Assembly: GCF_037042905.1 (NCBI RefSeq)
Contig: NC_087245.1
Span: 8,310,001-8,374,000, forward strand
DNA from: Lytechinus pictus
Taxonomy: Eukaryota
DNA length: 64,000 nucleotides
Direction: 5' to 3'
Each line of letters starts with the position of its first letter. The stretch's first letter is position 1. The notes beneath the pieces were generated by a model. It was not told the origin of the DNA. It did no database searches and saw only the letters and a list, made by a program, of their open reading frames with translations. Of the stretch, positions 13,872 to 55,200 are shown one piece after another. The translations under genes and the position numbers were made by a program.

Positions 13872-14451
13872 GTCCCTAGTAGTAGTATTAGTAATACTAG
13901 TACTAGTACTAACCTCGCAATACGTGTGAGTGGGCCTTTACTCTTTAGTAACCCAGGGAACTCCCGCCCGCGCAGCGGGCGCCCGCTGAGCGGGCGGGAG
14001 CTCCCTGGGGCTGGGTTAGGCCTTTAGACTTAGTAGATCCAACACGTTAGATCTCGTAGAGAATTTGATTTAACTTCAACTCAGCTAGCTCAGACCACTC
14101 TCAGAAACAATTCGTAGCGTAGGCAGACGTCAAACATGCCCCCCCCCCCCTATTTCATACATATTTTTACAGTCTCACTCACTGCTCAGCTCAGTCCCAC
14201 TCGTTGAAGAAACTGTTTTTGTGTAGGACCTAACTGTATTGTAACGTTAGAACTCTGCATATTTCGCTCAGTATTCAGAAATAAACGCCATCATAAATTT
14301 TGTGTAAATATGGTATTACTATACCTGTCTAGACATTGCTGAATTCACACTTTACCCTGGGCCTTTAGTACTAGATCAAGTAGAGAATTTGATTTATCTT
14401 CGACTGACGACTCAGTCTCGTCTCAGAAACAATTCGTGGACTATAACTAAC

Positions 14452-14554
14452 CGAACCGGATACGTGAACCGATATACGGGCTCCATATCCGGGCGGTACC
14501 GTACGTGTCATCAAGTACCGTACCGGTTTAAAATCGAGTCGATATCTGTTCAAG
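14452..14554. promoter_or_regulatory. Probable bidirectional promoter / CpG-rich region shared by PRPF6 and MIC27
   Basis: CpG-rich patch against an AT-rich background, between head-to-head genes; YY1-like CAAGATGGC overlaps the PRPF6 ATG; minus-strand donor GTTAGT at 14446-14451. Confidence 0.5.
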
Positions 14555-41740
<27,186 letters not shown>

Positions 41741-42317
41741 AAACTTGTATCTGTGAGTTTTTGTGAACTGTGTGTGTCATTTCAATCAAATCACTTAAAA
41801 TTGTTAAAAACTTCAATCTAGGCTGCAATTCATTCTGCACTTATTTCCCTTCTTTTCAAAAACTATTTTTGTTAATATCAAGAATCATAAAATAAGCAGA
41901 GGACAAGAGAAATTAATTTTAAATTTTGGTATACCTGTATACCTTTGAGTGTAGGCTTATTTCATAGTCATAATTATGATCAAACCTTTAGCCCTGTGAT
42001 GAGCCCCTAAAACAGCTTTATGAATATGTACAGGTTCTAGTGTTTGAGTAATACTGTCTTAAACCTGACCTGCCAATATGGCGGCATTCACATGACACAG
42101 GAAGTTCGCTGGCGAAACTTTGCTTGTGTGTATTTTCTTTCTTCTACACATTACCAGTTCAGTGGCCTACATACAATGTACATGTGTATATGTGCATGTT
42201 GGCTGAAAATTTGTTCTTTAATATTTGTATTAATAGTTATTGACCCAGACAATAGTTTTAATGTAAAATTCAAACATTCTAATTCAGTTTTAGTGATCAT
42301 GTTTAAATCTTATCTAA

Positions 42318-42708
42318 AGGCCATCGCACACCTTACGATTCGACTGGTCTACGACTGGCTTGCGACTGAGTGAGGGGAGATGTGACGTCGCAGACCAGTC
42401 AGAGACAAATCACAAGGAAAATCATAAGGATTTGACATGTTAAATCCTTACAACTGGATCGCAAGGTCAATCCATCTTCCAGCCAATCAGACAGCAGAAT
42501 ACCGACGCGTACATGATATTCAGCGCACATACGCAGTAGTGTCATTTTCTCAGTTGCTATAGCAAAAAACAAAAGGCGCATGTGTGAGTCGTAGACAGCA
42601 TGGAAGTCTGATCATAAGGTGTGCGGTGTCAAGGCTTATGACTACCTTGCGATTCATTTCCCCTCACTCAGTCGCAGACCAGTCGGGTCGTAAGCTGTGC
42701 GGTGGCCT
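42318..42708. mobile_element. Harbinger-like MITE downstream of the PRPF6 stop (possibly in the 3' UTR)
   Basis: TAA TSD; long imperfect TIR AGGCCATCGCACACCTTACGA / TCGTAAGCTGTGCGGTGGCCT. Confidence 0.75.
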
Positions 42709-45700
42709 TAACATTTGTATGAAGAATCTGCAATTAAACAATATTTCATTTATTGTTTTTTTAAGTTTGATCATATGTTAAATTTTTTTCTTAATTTTTT
42801 TTTGCAAATTATACTATGGGTAAAACAAAATTAAATAATGATATTTGTCCAAGATACTTACATTTAGTATCAATTTTTTTCTTTGTTAAAAAGGAGAGTA
42901 AATTTGTGCGGTATACTTTTAGTTTGATTTATTCTTTGGTTATTTCTTTTGAGCTTTTTAATCTTTATGGTTTCAAATATTTTTTCACAAAACTCCCCAC
43001 ACGTAAAAGATGTTTCTGCAAACTGGTCTATTGTGAACACCATTTTCATTTAAAGGGTAGCTTATGCAAACATTTGAATCCAGAAAAATATAGAATAACA
43101 AATAAAATGTGTATAAATAATCTGGGGTGTAAACTTCAGAAGATTACCCTGAAATATGTTTTCTTAAGAATCATAGGAACTCATATTGATATCAAACATT
43201 CAAATGCCAATTGATCTTTTCCTATTCTTTTACAGTTAAAATAGAAGTCTTGTACACATTTCCTGGTAAAGAAACTGATTTTGTATCATGTTTATCTCTG
43301 TGTATTATGTACAGTTCCTTATTAATGTATGAAGGTACTTGGAAACAAACCTAATGAAGACGTTTCTTGTAAAAATATACATGGCATATCTTCTGTAGAC
43401 TCCATCTTGTAAAGAATGTTCATTTGGAATCAAGATCATGAGGTCACGTGCAAGTTTTAATTTGAAGAAAGAGAATGATTATGAGAAAGAAAGAAAGAAA
43501 GAGGGTTTGAGATAAATCTAAATATAGTACTGCACAAAACCCCTTTACATTAAAGGTGCCCTTCTCTGTTCCCTTTATAATAGGAAGAAATTGAAGTATG
43601 TAGCTATTAAATTATACAACTTGAGATAGAGAAAATAAAAAAACTCATAAAAAACTGGCAGCGAAAAATTTCATTACCTTCTCAATCTATTTATCTCTGT
43701 CTCTCGCTCTTTCAAACATCCCCCTTGTCTTTCAGGCTTACCCTCCCTCCCTCCTAATTTCTTTTTTTTCCTTCCTTCCCCTCTCACTTCCACCCAACCC
43801 CCTATTTCTCTATCTCGCTTTCTCTGTAAAAAAAACCCATGAAGAATAAGAAAGTACAATGTCCATGATGATTTTATCTCTTTCTAAATGTATCTGCACA
43901 CCACAGAAAAAGGAACATAGAATGTATAGGAAAATATAGAATTATGAGCACTGTGTAAATGAACAAGAGGAATGTATGATGTAAAAGACAACTACTGGAT
44001 ATAATTTACTAATTATATAATGGTGATACACACTGGCGAATACAAGTGAAGTTGTGTATGTTACTTTCTATTTGCCTGCAAACTCTACTACATGTGAATG
44101 GCCTGCACACCCCTATTTATATCTCACTATATCATGTGCATTGCAATATCAATAAAATAACTAAAACCTCTGAAATGTAACTGATCAAAATTATTTTGTA
44201 ATCAGCCCATGCAAAATTCATAATTATTTAATTCCGATATTAGATTTACAGTGGTAGGAGGTAATATCTTTCATTTTTCATTAATATCTAGATATCTGAA
44301 TCATAGGCTATTAATTTACCAACTGGAAGAACAACAAATCAAATATTCCATGTTTAGAAAATGTAATACTTGAATGACCTATGAAATAGGGATTCCATTT
44401 TGTGCAATCTAGAAAGATTTGATAGATACATGTAATTAGAAAGACAATTTCATGAAAGACAATTTTTTTACAAAGTATTTCTACATGAAAGACGATTTTG
44501 AAAGATTTGACAAAACAGGAAAAACATGCTATTTGTACAAAACAATTTCATAAGAGTATTAAAATTTCCATCATTTCTTTTGTTTATATATATTTCTTTG
44601 TATGAATGATGAATACGTTAACAAGACGTATTTCATAGATTCAGTACACTCTCACATACTACAAGCACTAAAAGTTTAAAATTGACCATACATGTAGCAC
44701 CTCTATCATACCACTAAGGATGATACTTCTAAATTGGCAACACATTCTAAATGGATACATCATATTTCGAGATATAATACATTTGAATCCAACACTAACA
44801 AAGAAAACAAAAAAAAATAATGATAATTTTTACGTCAGCAATGAAGCACATTCTGTTACTCATGTTATTTCTAACACATTTCTTTGTAACACATTTATTC
44901 TTTAATGCACTGCACTGACTGCAGTACTAGTTAAAAATCAATATCATTGAATTAGATAATAAAAATCAACTGGTATGATCTATTCTTGATTCTGAAATCA
45001 TGTGGAGCTCACATACAAAACAATAAATAAAAAAAATATATGTCTTATTCTTTCTTGCGTTATTTATTTTCTATTGCACCTGGTTGATTAGTGGACTACC
45101 ATTGAATGAAATCTACGGCATGTACAGGTATTTTGTAACAAATGCAGTTTTACTGCCATCTCATTGAATCAATTTGTAATGGAAAATATAGTGCATATAG
45201 GCTACCAAATGTTAAAATCTAATCATTTTCATGATTTATCATTTTACTGCACTTTAAATCTTAAAGATTGTCATACTGATTAAAAAAAATCACAACCCAA
45301 TAGGCCTATATTTTATCCCATAGGCTTAACACCTAACTCCATGCATATATCAAGTTCATATGGCACATCTGTACATGTATAATTGATATGTTTGTTGAAA
45401 ATAATTCTTGCATTTTCAATATTTTTATCTCATTTTAATTGCATAGGTATATAAAAGTGTAATATTCAAATTGACTTTGGAAGAATTATCATGTATTTGA
45501 ATACAAATTCATCAATCATTCTAAACAGCTTCAGTGATATTTCAAAAGAATTTAAAGGCCTCTATGTGTCATGGCACTTCAAAGAATTGACAATAATGGC
45601 AAATCTTTTGTGATACTACAATGAGAAAAACCATATGGATCCAGCCTGAATATGGTGCAATGTCTCACAATTTTGGTCAAATTGTCTGCGTTGGCTTTTT

Positions 45701-46028
45701 GGTGCTCATCACCTTTTGAAAGTGAAATAATGCATAAAAGTAGTAACAAACCGCAGTCTACATGCGTTTTGTATTGTATCCTGTTGAATATCAGCCATTT
45801 CCAGTAGTTATGTTATTAAATGCAGACTACAAGTACTGTTCACCAAGATCAGAAGAGAACAATCCAACCAGGGAATCGTTTAATGAAAAGACTTGTCAAA
45901 TCTTTTATCCGACATTTTTTTTCATCCTATAAACGGCCAGACTCCTGCTATAATCCATGTTCCTGCCCTCGTCCTTGACCATAGTTATTTCAATCACTAC
46001 TAGGGACATTGTTGTTTGGTAGTCTTTA

Positions 46029-46202
46029 CTATGGATCTTGTTGCTCAATCGTGTCGGAGATAAAATCAAGGAATGAGCTTACACGGGTGTAAACCCCGGG
46101 GAAACCAGGATCTCCACAGCCCAAGTTTCCATAGCTTGTAATACCAATAAGATGCCATCTTCCATCATCTCCTTCACAAGCGAGAGGTCCTCCGCTATCA
46201 CC
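46029..46202 (-). CDS. Protease last exon (catalytic Ser)
   Basis: [48 protein letters not shown]...DP*. Confidence 0.92.
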   Translation of the reverse strand, partial: GDSGGPLACEGDDGRWHLIGITSYGNLGCGDPGFPGVYTRVSSFLDFISDTIEQQDP

Positions 46203-49200
46203 CTGTCAAATAAATCACATGATTTATCAAAGTTAATACAGATTTGAATAGTTAAGATAGGGAATGACATTAAGAAAGTCTGCATTCAGTATACCGGTAC
46301 AACTAGTTTACTACTCTATTGAAAGTGGTATATGAGCTAGTCTTCTTATACATTCTGCATGTAGCTCTAAAATTGGAAGTGTAACAAAATGTAATGGATC
46401 CATTTCAGCAAGGATCATGAGACAAAGTTTAAGAAATCATATCATTCGAGTTACATTTTGTTTTCTTGTGGAAAAATGGTGAATCAAGTAAGTTATATTA
46501 GGTTTCCAGTCATGACCTTTACTGCAAATACTTTACCATTTGCTTCGTTACGGTTTTTGACAATTTAGAAAAAAAAAGAGTATTTGGTGTTATTGTTATA
46601 TTGGCAATCATTTGCCACCCCCATACAAAACAGAAAGAGTTCTCACATCAATGAAAAAAAAAAAGTTGTAATAGAAACTACTTACATTACATGAATCATA
46701 GCCGCCACTCTTGTATCCAGCACATATTTTAGAAGGAATAACGTCGCCATACATTTGATCACATTCATCATTATCAATAATGCCAAGCAAAACCTTTAGA
46801 AGGTCATTAGAAGCAACATCTAGAAAATGAAATCAAAGATGAGAAATTATTATTTGATGAATCAATCATGAAGACCTGTGAATATTATGGAAGATATTTC
46901 CCAGTGCTCCATTACAAAAACAAGCTATTATGATAACTTTTCCTTTTATAGGGGATTCCCTCGCTATTCATGGCTCTCAATCAAGTTCAAGATCACTATT
47001 TTCGGAAAAGTTTTTTTTTTTCTGGCAAAGAAGCATTGCAGTTAACAAGCAATAATTGATTTAATCGTTTATTGATCTGGCCTTTAATCTAAATGGTGCA
47101 GCTGATTCGTAAAAAAAGAAAACAATGCTTGACAAAATGGCCATAATGAAAGGTATATATAGGCCTATGTTTGATGAAATAACAATAGATAATTCTTATA
47201 ATAATCTTTACCATTTGAGGATTATTTTCCTTTGATCTTTAAATAGAATTATTTTCATGACTTCTCTGAAACTACACCTAACTCCCATCTTACCTCCAAA
47301 AGCAAGAGTGCCCCAACCAGCGGCGTAACACCTTCTATACACCCGTGTCTCACTGGTGTTAGCTGACGGTAGACAGATCGGTCGAACATAGTCATTGATC
47401 TCGACTGGCTCTTCAAATCTAATGAGAGTGATATCGTCACCGCCTGATGTTGAATAGTAGTTTGGATGGTCGATGATTTGTGCAATAGGTGGTGAAACGC
47501 TGTAATTAGTTGGTGTGTCCAGTTTCAAGTAACCAAAACTGATGCTGGAGTAAACGCCGCTGTGGAAAGGAGGAACAAAAAACATTGAGCCTATTTACAT
47601 TAAATTGTTTAAATCATTTCATTAAAATATGAACCTAAGACATCTGTTCCTCTACATTTGATTGGCAAATTATGCTTGCACTTTTTATAGTGCTGGGGAT
47701 ATTCTTGAAATTTCTTGACCAGATGAAAAAAAGTCTCAGTGATTGCACGTTTTCTAATTAAAAGGTTTTAAGGCAAGGAAAAGGGTTCTGGTTGATAAAA
47801 CTCTATTTATTTGAAAGGTCCCTATTAAGATAGCTATAATCCTTCTACAAATAAACAATGAATTATGTATTATGCATTTAGATTTCAAACAAACAATTGT
47901 AATTTTCTAACATTTATGCTTTAATGTTAAGAGTATTTTTTCAATCATTCTCTTAAAGGAGTATATTCAATCTTACGTGCAGTGAGCAGCTGTAATAGCC
48001 CAATATTCATTGAGGAGTGAAGCCCCACATTGTTGTTCTCCATTTTCATTCTGGAGTGTTCCAATCCAAGGGAACTCTCCCTTCTCTGCATAGGTACCTC
48101 CTATGATACGAGGTTGAACCTCAGAGTCTCCCTGGTAGGCTGGTCGGGTTCCACACACTTCTGTGTTAAAGTAATCTGTAGAGAGAATGAAAATTATATA
48201 AGATTATGTGAATCTAAAAATTTTATATTGGGTGCGAGCTCTAAACATGAGTTCAAAACCAACTTTCATGGGTCAAAGATTTGAAGCTAATGTTTCAAAT
48301 GGTGGGAATAGATTAACTTTCTATTGTTCATACTTTACCCATCTGAGATTTTTTTTTGTTACAAAATCGTAACAGTAATTACAGACCTTTTGCTATGATG
48401 ACCTTTGAGAGTTGGTTTGAAATTAAAAGCTGTAATGCCTCAATTCTTTGCACACCAAATGCAAGAATATCTTCCCACCCCATCTCTCTTCTCACTGGGA
48501 AAGATTTAAAAAGTCATAATGTGATTGGGAAAAAAGTGTCATGATATATATTTTATGGTCATCTTTCTTAGATGGTTCATCCCACTTGTGATTTATTATT
48601 TTTGATCCACACCCCCACCCCAAATTATCCCTGTCCACAATTGAAAATTTGTGATTAACCTCCAGTACGAGCCTCGCAGAGTGGATTTCCACTGTTATCA
48701 TCGACCACAGTGCTTCCTGAGCAAGCATTGGAGAACTCTGCCAGCTGCGGACAGTCTGTGATCACTTCATTACAAACAGACGGGCACAAGTTCCTTGTTG
48801 TACCATAATGCGGGCATTCTGGAAAGAGAGCCGCACAGAGGAGGAGCTGACCAGATGAAGGGCTGCAGGACAGGGCAGCAGACTCAAGCTCGGTGTAGCG
48901 TTGAAGGGCTTCAGACTCAGTATGGAAGCGGGTGTTGGGGAACACGGTTGCGGTCCATGGTAGAATGCTTGAGCACTGGCTAGGGACTGGCTGACATGTA
49001 GCTAGATAGAGGACATGGGAAGGCTGGTGATTATTATGGGGTGTTATGTTGTATAATTATTCCACAGCAATAACACTGATAGTTGATTAAAGTAATCCTT
49101 TATCATTGTTGAATTTTCCATAGAGGGATGAAACATGAACAGCAACACTGAGGTTGAGAACAGTTCGTCAGTACATGATCCAATGTTGAGTAGGCCTATA

Positions 49201-52200
49201 TTGTATATCTACTGCAATTAATTATTTTCACGTAAATCATGATAACTTGTTAAAAAGGGACAGTTAGAATCAAAGACAAGAGATGAAGTTTATTCTTTAT
49301 TTCAGAATAGTTTTAAAGAGTGAAGAAATGGCATAGGAAATTTACTTACGACATTTGTCCTCATCTGAAAAGTCAATACAGTGTATCTCTCCATCGCAAA
49401 CTAAATCAGAAGATCGGCACTGACCATTCATACATCTAAACTCATCACTAGAACATGAATCTAAGAAATAGACATAAAGACAGACATGAAGAATGAGATT
49501 GATGGGATTTTAGTCGATAATCATCAACATTTCATTACTAAGGGATATTGCAACAAATAATAAGTGTTTCATTTAAGGATGGAAAATGCAAGATCTTTGA
49601 AAATAAGTCAATTCAATTTCTTATCATTCCCTTACCTAAAATTGTAATTAATCATCTTCACTTTACCCCTCCCCATCAGATTCTGCTGTTTATTACAATA
49701 AGTTTGAGTTGCTGTAATTTACTTTCTTGACTGTTCAGTTAGTGACCTCGAAGATCTTGTTTGGTTGGAGCTCAGTCGGACCAATAATGGTTATCATAAC
49801 AATGAAAGTCTTTAAGCGGATCATGGCCTTTACATAAAATATATGATCATAAGCATAATCCTACTTCCAGCCAATCAGACAGATATATTGATATGTCATC
49901 CCTATTAATAGAGGAAGTACTGACTATTCATATTGCAAATATTCATCATTAGGGTTTATGACTGCTGCCTGATTCACCTCCTTTACACTTGGTCAGAGAC
50001 CAGACAGAAAAAGGACATTTTTATTAGAATTTATTTTTATCAAAATGTGACACAATGTGCATAGTGGTTTATAATTTCATTTAGGTTTGTGCTCGGTCAT
50101 GCTTGAGAGAAATCAAATGAGATCCAATGAGATATCAGTAAGACTTATGAGCCATCACTGAGTGCTGGTAGTCTTTGGGAACTTGGGGAACATGACACTG
50201 TGGAAGATCTAATCGTTTCTGATACACTGTGATAATTACTGAAAAATAATCAATTTGTTCATGAAAGAGCTTCATCTCATTTTAGGACTCGATTAACCAC
50301 ACTACTATTGAATAGTACGCCATTCTACTTACCATCCGTAGCCTGCCCTTCAATCTCTAAATAGAATCCAAACAAGGCATATGTCTCATCACTCTGAAAC
50401 ACAATTGTCATCCTGTTCCCCGTTGACATAATGACCTGATTTGGTAAGAGTCCTGAAAGTATTGCAATCTGCTGGCTTGGATCGGTGCTGTGTCCCTCAT
50501 AGAACGTGAGGAAATCATATCCCTCCTCTGTATCAAATTGAACCGTTGCAGCAAGGATACGCTGCCCAGCCATTGCCGTCAAGTACAAGGTAGCGTCGAT
50601 GTTATTATCATAACGAGCAGGGAAGTTGGAACTGTAAAGTTTTAGGAATGGTGATGTCATAGGTTGGTATTGTTTGCCAACTCCACCAAGCTCTGTTCAT
50701 CAATGAAATAAAAGTATTGATATTAATTTCATATAGTTCTCGCAATAACAAAAATCCAAATGAAAACTGAGTGGATTTTCATTTCTAGACTCCCGCGATA
50801 TCAGAGGTCAATCCTATTGGGGCAACCCATGCTAGAAAATCAGTCACTTTCACATTACCAACCTGCTGTCCAAACAAATGAAGAAGTTCGATTTGTTTTG
50901 TGGTAATAATAAACTAACAAAAACATGTTGTTCCTGGGTGAATCAGTCCTGTACGAACAGATCAAAGTTTCTTGTATGTGTGGACAGCAGGTTGAACTAG
51001 AAATTTGACGTGTCCAATGCCCCCGCTTAACGCAATCAGAAATTTCTTCAATATGATAGAACTTAATATTGTACAGAAACCAATATGCATATATATAATG
51101 AACAAATGTAAAAACATAAAATTTTGCAAAAAGACTTATTTTTCTTGCATGGAATTGCCCATTGGCAGTAATGTGGATGATGTTTCTATATGACATTCAA
51201 AGATAACCATGAAAATAGAAATATAATAATCATAAACAAAAACTTGATGTTGGATTAGTCACAAATCATTAATAATTATTTGTTTGTTCAAAGTAATCAT
51301 TTATAGAATGTTATTCGATAATATGTCATATCTGTTCGGGATATATGATGGCAGTTTTTTAATGAAACCCACTTAGATGATTATAAATCGATTCCCCAAA
51401 TTTCAAATTATGAGTAATCTAATGAGTTTCAACTATGGAATGTTATTAATGTTAAGAGTTCTTCCCCTCCAAGAAGTAGCAATTGAATAATCAATTATCA
51501 TTTGGGCACAATGGTTTGTTATGATATTTATAGGGCACTTTGATTTTCACATTTTAGTACATTTTTAATGAGTGTGTCGATTTCTTTCAAAGCAAAGTTA
51601 ACATTGAGTGGATTACCCAAAATCTCTGGAATGCGGTGTCCTATTATGATTGTGTAAATATTTGAATAGAATCTTACCAATGAAAACTGGGCAGCCAGGG
51701 TTAAAAGATGGTAAAACACAATGTGGAGTAACATCACAAAGCCTCTCTCCCGGTATGCATACATGATCCCCACACTGCACATCTTTAGGGGCGCATGGTC
51801 CAAGCTCCTCTGAAAATACAACAAACTTGATGTATAAAGATGGTGTATCTTGATTTTTATCCAGCATTGACAGTGACAAAGATGAATTAATCTACTGTAA
51901 GTGATGGATTGAATATGATGCAATAACCAAATGCTGCAATAGGGGGCTGGGGTGACCTGAAGATGGCTCATTTATATTCTGAATAGGATGATAGGGGTTA
52001 TTTCTTGTAAAATCCTTTGAGGTGTTCACCCCCTGCTGCCTCCCTTGTGATGCCAATCCCTGTCATGGCAATGAAAATAATTTGTTTTTGTTCAGTTCTA
52101 AAGATTTACCCTATCCCTCTGATCGCCACCCTGCTTACAATAATAACTTAATCATACCAGGACCCCTCATTCATCATAGAAGATCATCAATACATATTTT

Positions 52201-55200
52201 TTCTATTATTCATTGGAGATTTCCCTTTTCAAACATGTCAAATAAATAAGAACTAAAATAGAGTATTGAAATATCATTAATAAAATACATAAAGAATAAT
52301 ATGTGCATAATTAGCTCTCCTAATGTTCATATATTGCAATTTAATGGTGTCACTGCAATGCTATGACTCTCATAACTTACATCTTATTTGATGAGGATTA
52401 CAGTAGAACGTTTGCATTATTATTATCTTTTTGTGGGAGAGGGGTTGTTTCTACACAACATCTTGATGTTAGGGTCGACTTTGCATTTCAGGGGAAATAC
52501 ACTTACCATCTTCTAGCACAGCAGTAACATTTGCAAAGAATCCACTAGATCTGAAATTCTGGTTGGTTACCATGGTGATCCAAATGTCGCCACCTTGTGA
52601 CAGAACTTCTTGCGGGACAAACCCACCGCCGTAGAGCCTCATAAAGGGATTAGTACTAGTGTTACTGCCATCTCCAATTATGACATAATCATTTGCATCG
52701 TGTGTGGAGAAGAATTGAAATTGAAGGCGAATCTGTTAAGGGCAGGAAAAGAAAATTCCTATTGAGAATATTATGCACTTTGGTAAAATATGATGAGTTA
52801 TTTCTATGACATGCACTTAAAAAACAAACTTAAGCAACAGCTAAACCATTACCTTGTTCATTCAAGATGAACAATTTAATGCCCCCCCCCCCCGGATTTG
52901 TTTAGTGATTATACACTCCCATGCAGATTTCTATAATCTTTCATGATACCTTAATAATGTAATGATGCACTTACATTTGATACGCCTATTACGAGAAAGC
53001 ATAAGCAGATGCTTGGTTAATATGCAATAAATCTTGATTGTTTGAACTGCTTTACAACCAATAATGTTAGATTAAATGAGTGTCTGTACAAAAAAGCAAA
53101 CTAAATAATCAAGAATGCGAATGTGTATCATAAAGTTACATAGAGAGAGCATTATGTCCATGCTGCCATAAGTACTGTTATAATGGTTGATAATATTTTC
53201 GGAAATATGAAACATACCTTGAAGCCAAATCCAGCAAGGAATTTCCATGTGTAGTGGACATTATTTGGGTATTCAGCAGGGTAGCCATATGATGTCAATT
53301 GATAGGGAATATCTCCATTAAATAAGTAAACAGTTTCTTCACCGACAGCTTAAGAAAGATAAAAATGAGAAAATAATCATTTTCACTAACGATTTTTATT
53401 CCTTTTTCCAGTGAATAATGTACATCTTCCCTTACATTTTGTCTCCTCCACTTTTACTGGTAGAAACATCTATTTGGTTAGCTTGTTCCATATTTGGGGT
53501 GTCATGTTTGGAGAATTACAAGAGAGAGATAAAAGGAGGAAAGAGGAAGAAGAACAGGCGAGGAATATTGTATTATATGGTGCATCCTCGATAAAAGAAA
53601 CCCATTTTAAGATATCACAAAAAACAAATACATTTTTATTACAAAATTTGACACTAAAAGTAAGAGAAGCAAGAAATTACTGATTTACTAAGCGAGTCGT
53701 TTGGGCATGGTAGATTTCAAATATAAACCCAGTAAGTGTCACATCACAGAAAATTATCTGTAAATCTCTCTTGACTCTCATTCAGAGATTGTTTTGAAAG
53801 AAGCACAACATAACAACTCCTGAAACCCGCAAGCTTCCTCAACTCTGACAAATCTTGGATAATTTTTCTGTGCAACTTGATTTTGACATTGAAATTTCAA
53901 ACTTTTCTTGTGCATCTATGTGTTAACTTTTCATATCATATACGTATGAAAGTAAAAAAGAGGATTTAAACTTCATCATGGTTTGAATATAATATCATAA
54001 TGTGGCTGCAGCAGTGATAGATTATCAGTAAGTTTGAAAATTACCCGTAATCCTGCTTTATAACAAATACTGTTGTTTAATCTAAAGTAGATGTGAACGT
54101 ATTCTATCATAATTGTGACATATATCATGATATACTTTGGTTCATCTAGGGATGGGGAGAGGGCTGGGGCTGAGAAAGCCCTCTCCAATAGGCTCCTCTA
54201 CGAAACTGATGGCTTCTTTTGCCTTCCCCCTAAATTTCGATGACTGAGGATTTAATACAAATAGGAAATTATTAATTTTCAATGGAAGATTGATTGAACA
54301 TTTCTCAGAATCTTGAGGGAAGGAATATATACCTTTTTTAATATTCATTGTATAGTTATTTCATATATATATCTTGTGCTGGTGACAAAAATTTCCTCGA
54401 TATACTGTTTATCTATTTCATTTATCATGTTAAACAAAGACACTTACGATAAGAGCATCCTGATTCATCCTCTCCTCCCGTGCAGTCATTGACAGTATCG
54501 CACACAGTTGAGTTGGCTAAACATATACCATCATTGCAAAGGAAACTGTCGCACCCTTGTAAGAGAACAAATCATATTAATTATGTTTGACACTAAATTC
54601 AATTGATTTAAGATGTATTTATGGCAAATACTGGCTATCATTATTCCCGGAGGCCTGTCAATTACAAAGGCATCAATAAAAAAAACCCCGAATAATCAGA
54701 TAATAGATAATTATCATAAAGATAAGCTAATGATATACTTCATCATTTTTTTCATGCTTGTTAGGAATGATCGATTCGGAAAAACAAATGCTGGAAATAT
54801 TATGCTAGGCAAATTTTACTCCTAAAAATAAGGCAATTATTAATGCTATGTATGATCTCTTCCTGCATCTTATATAGGCTACTAGCATGATGAAAAATAA
54901 TATGACTTCTTTTAAAAAAAGGGGGGAATTGTGACAACTTAAGTCTTTATCATGTTGGAACTCCATGAAAACGATAACAAGTTCTTGGCTTACTTTGTGA
55001 ACAATTTCTTTCGTCCTCTCCAAATTCACATTGATGTTCGCCATCGCACTCTTCTTCAAATGGAATACATTTACCGCTGTCGCAAGAAAAACAATCTGCA
55101 ATATAAACAAAACGAAGCAATAAATTGGCAAGCCTGCATATACTAAGGATATACAGTCATGACATGTAGATAATTTTCAGGCGGAAAGAGACATTTTATA

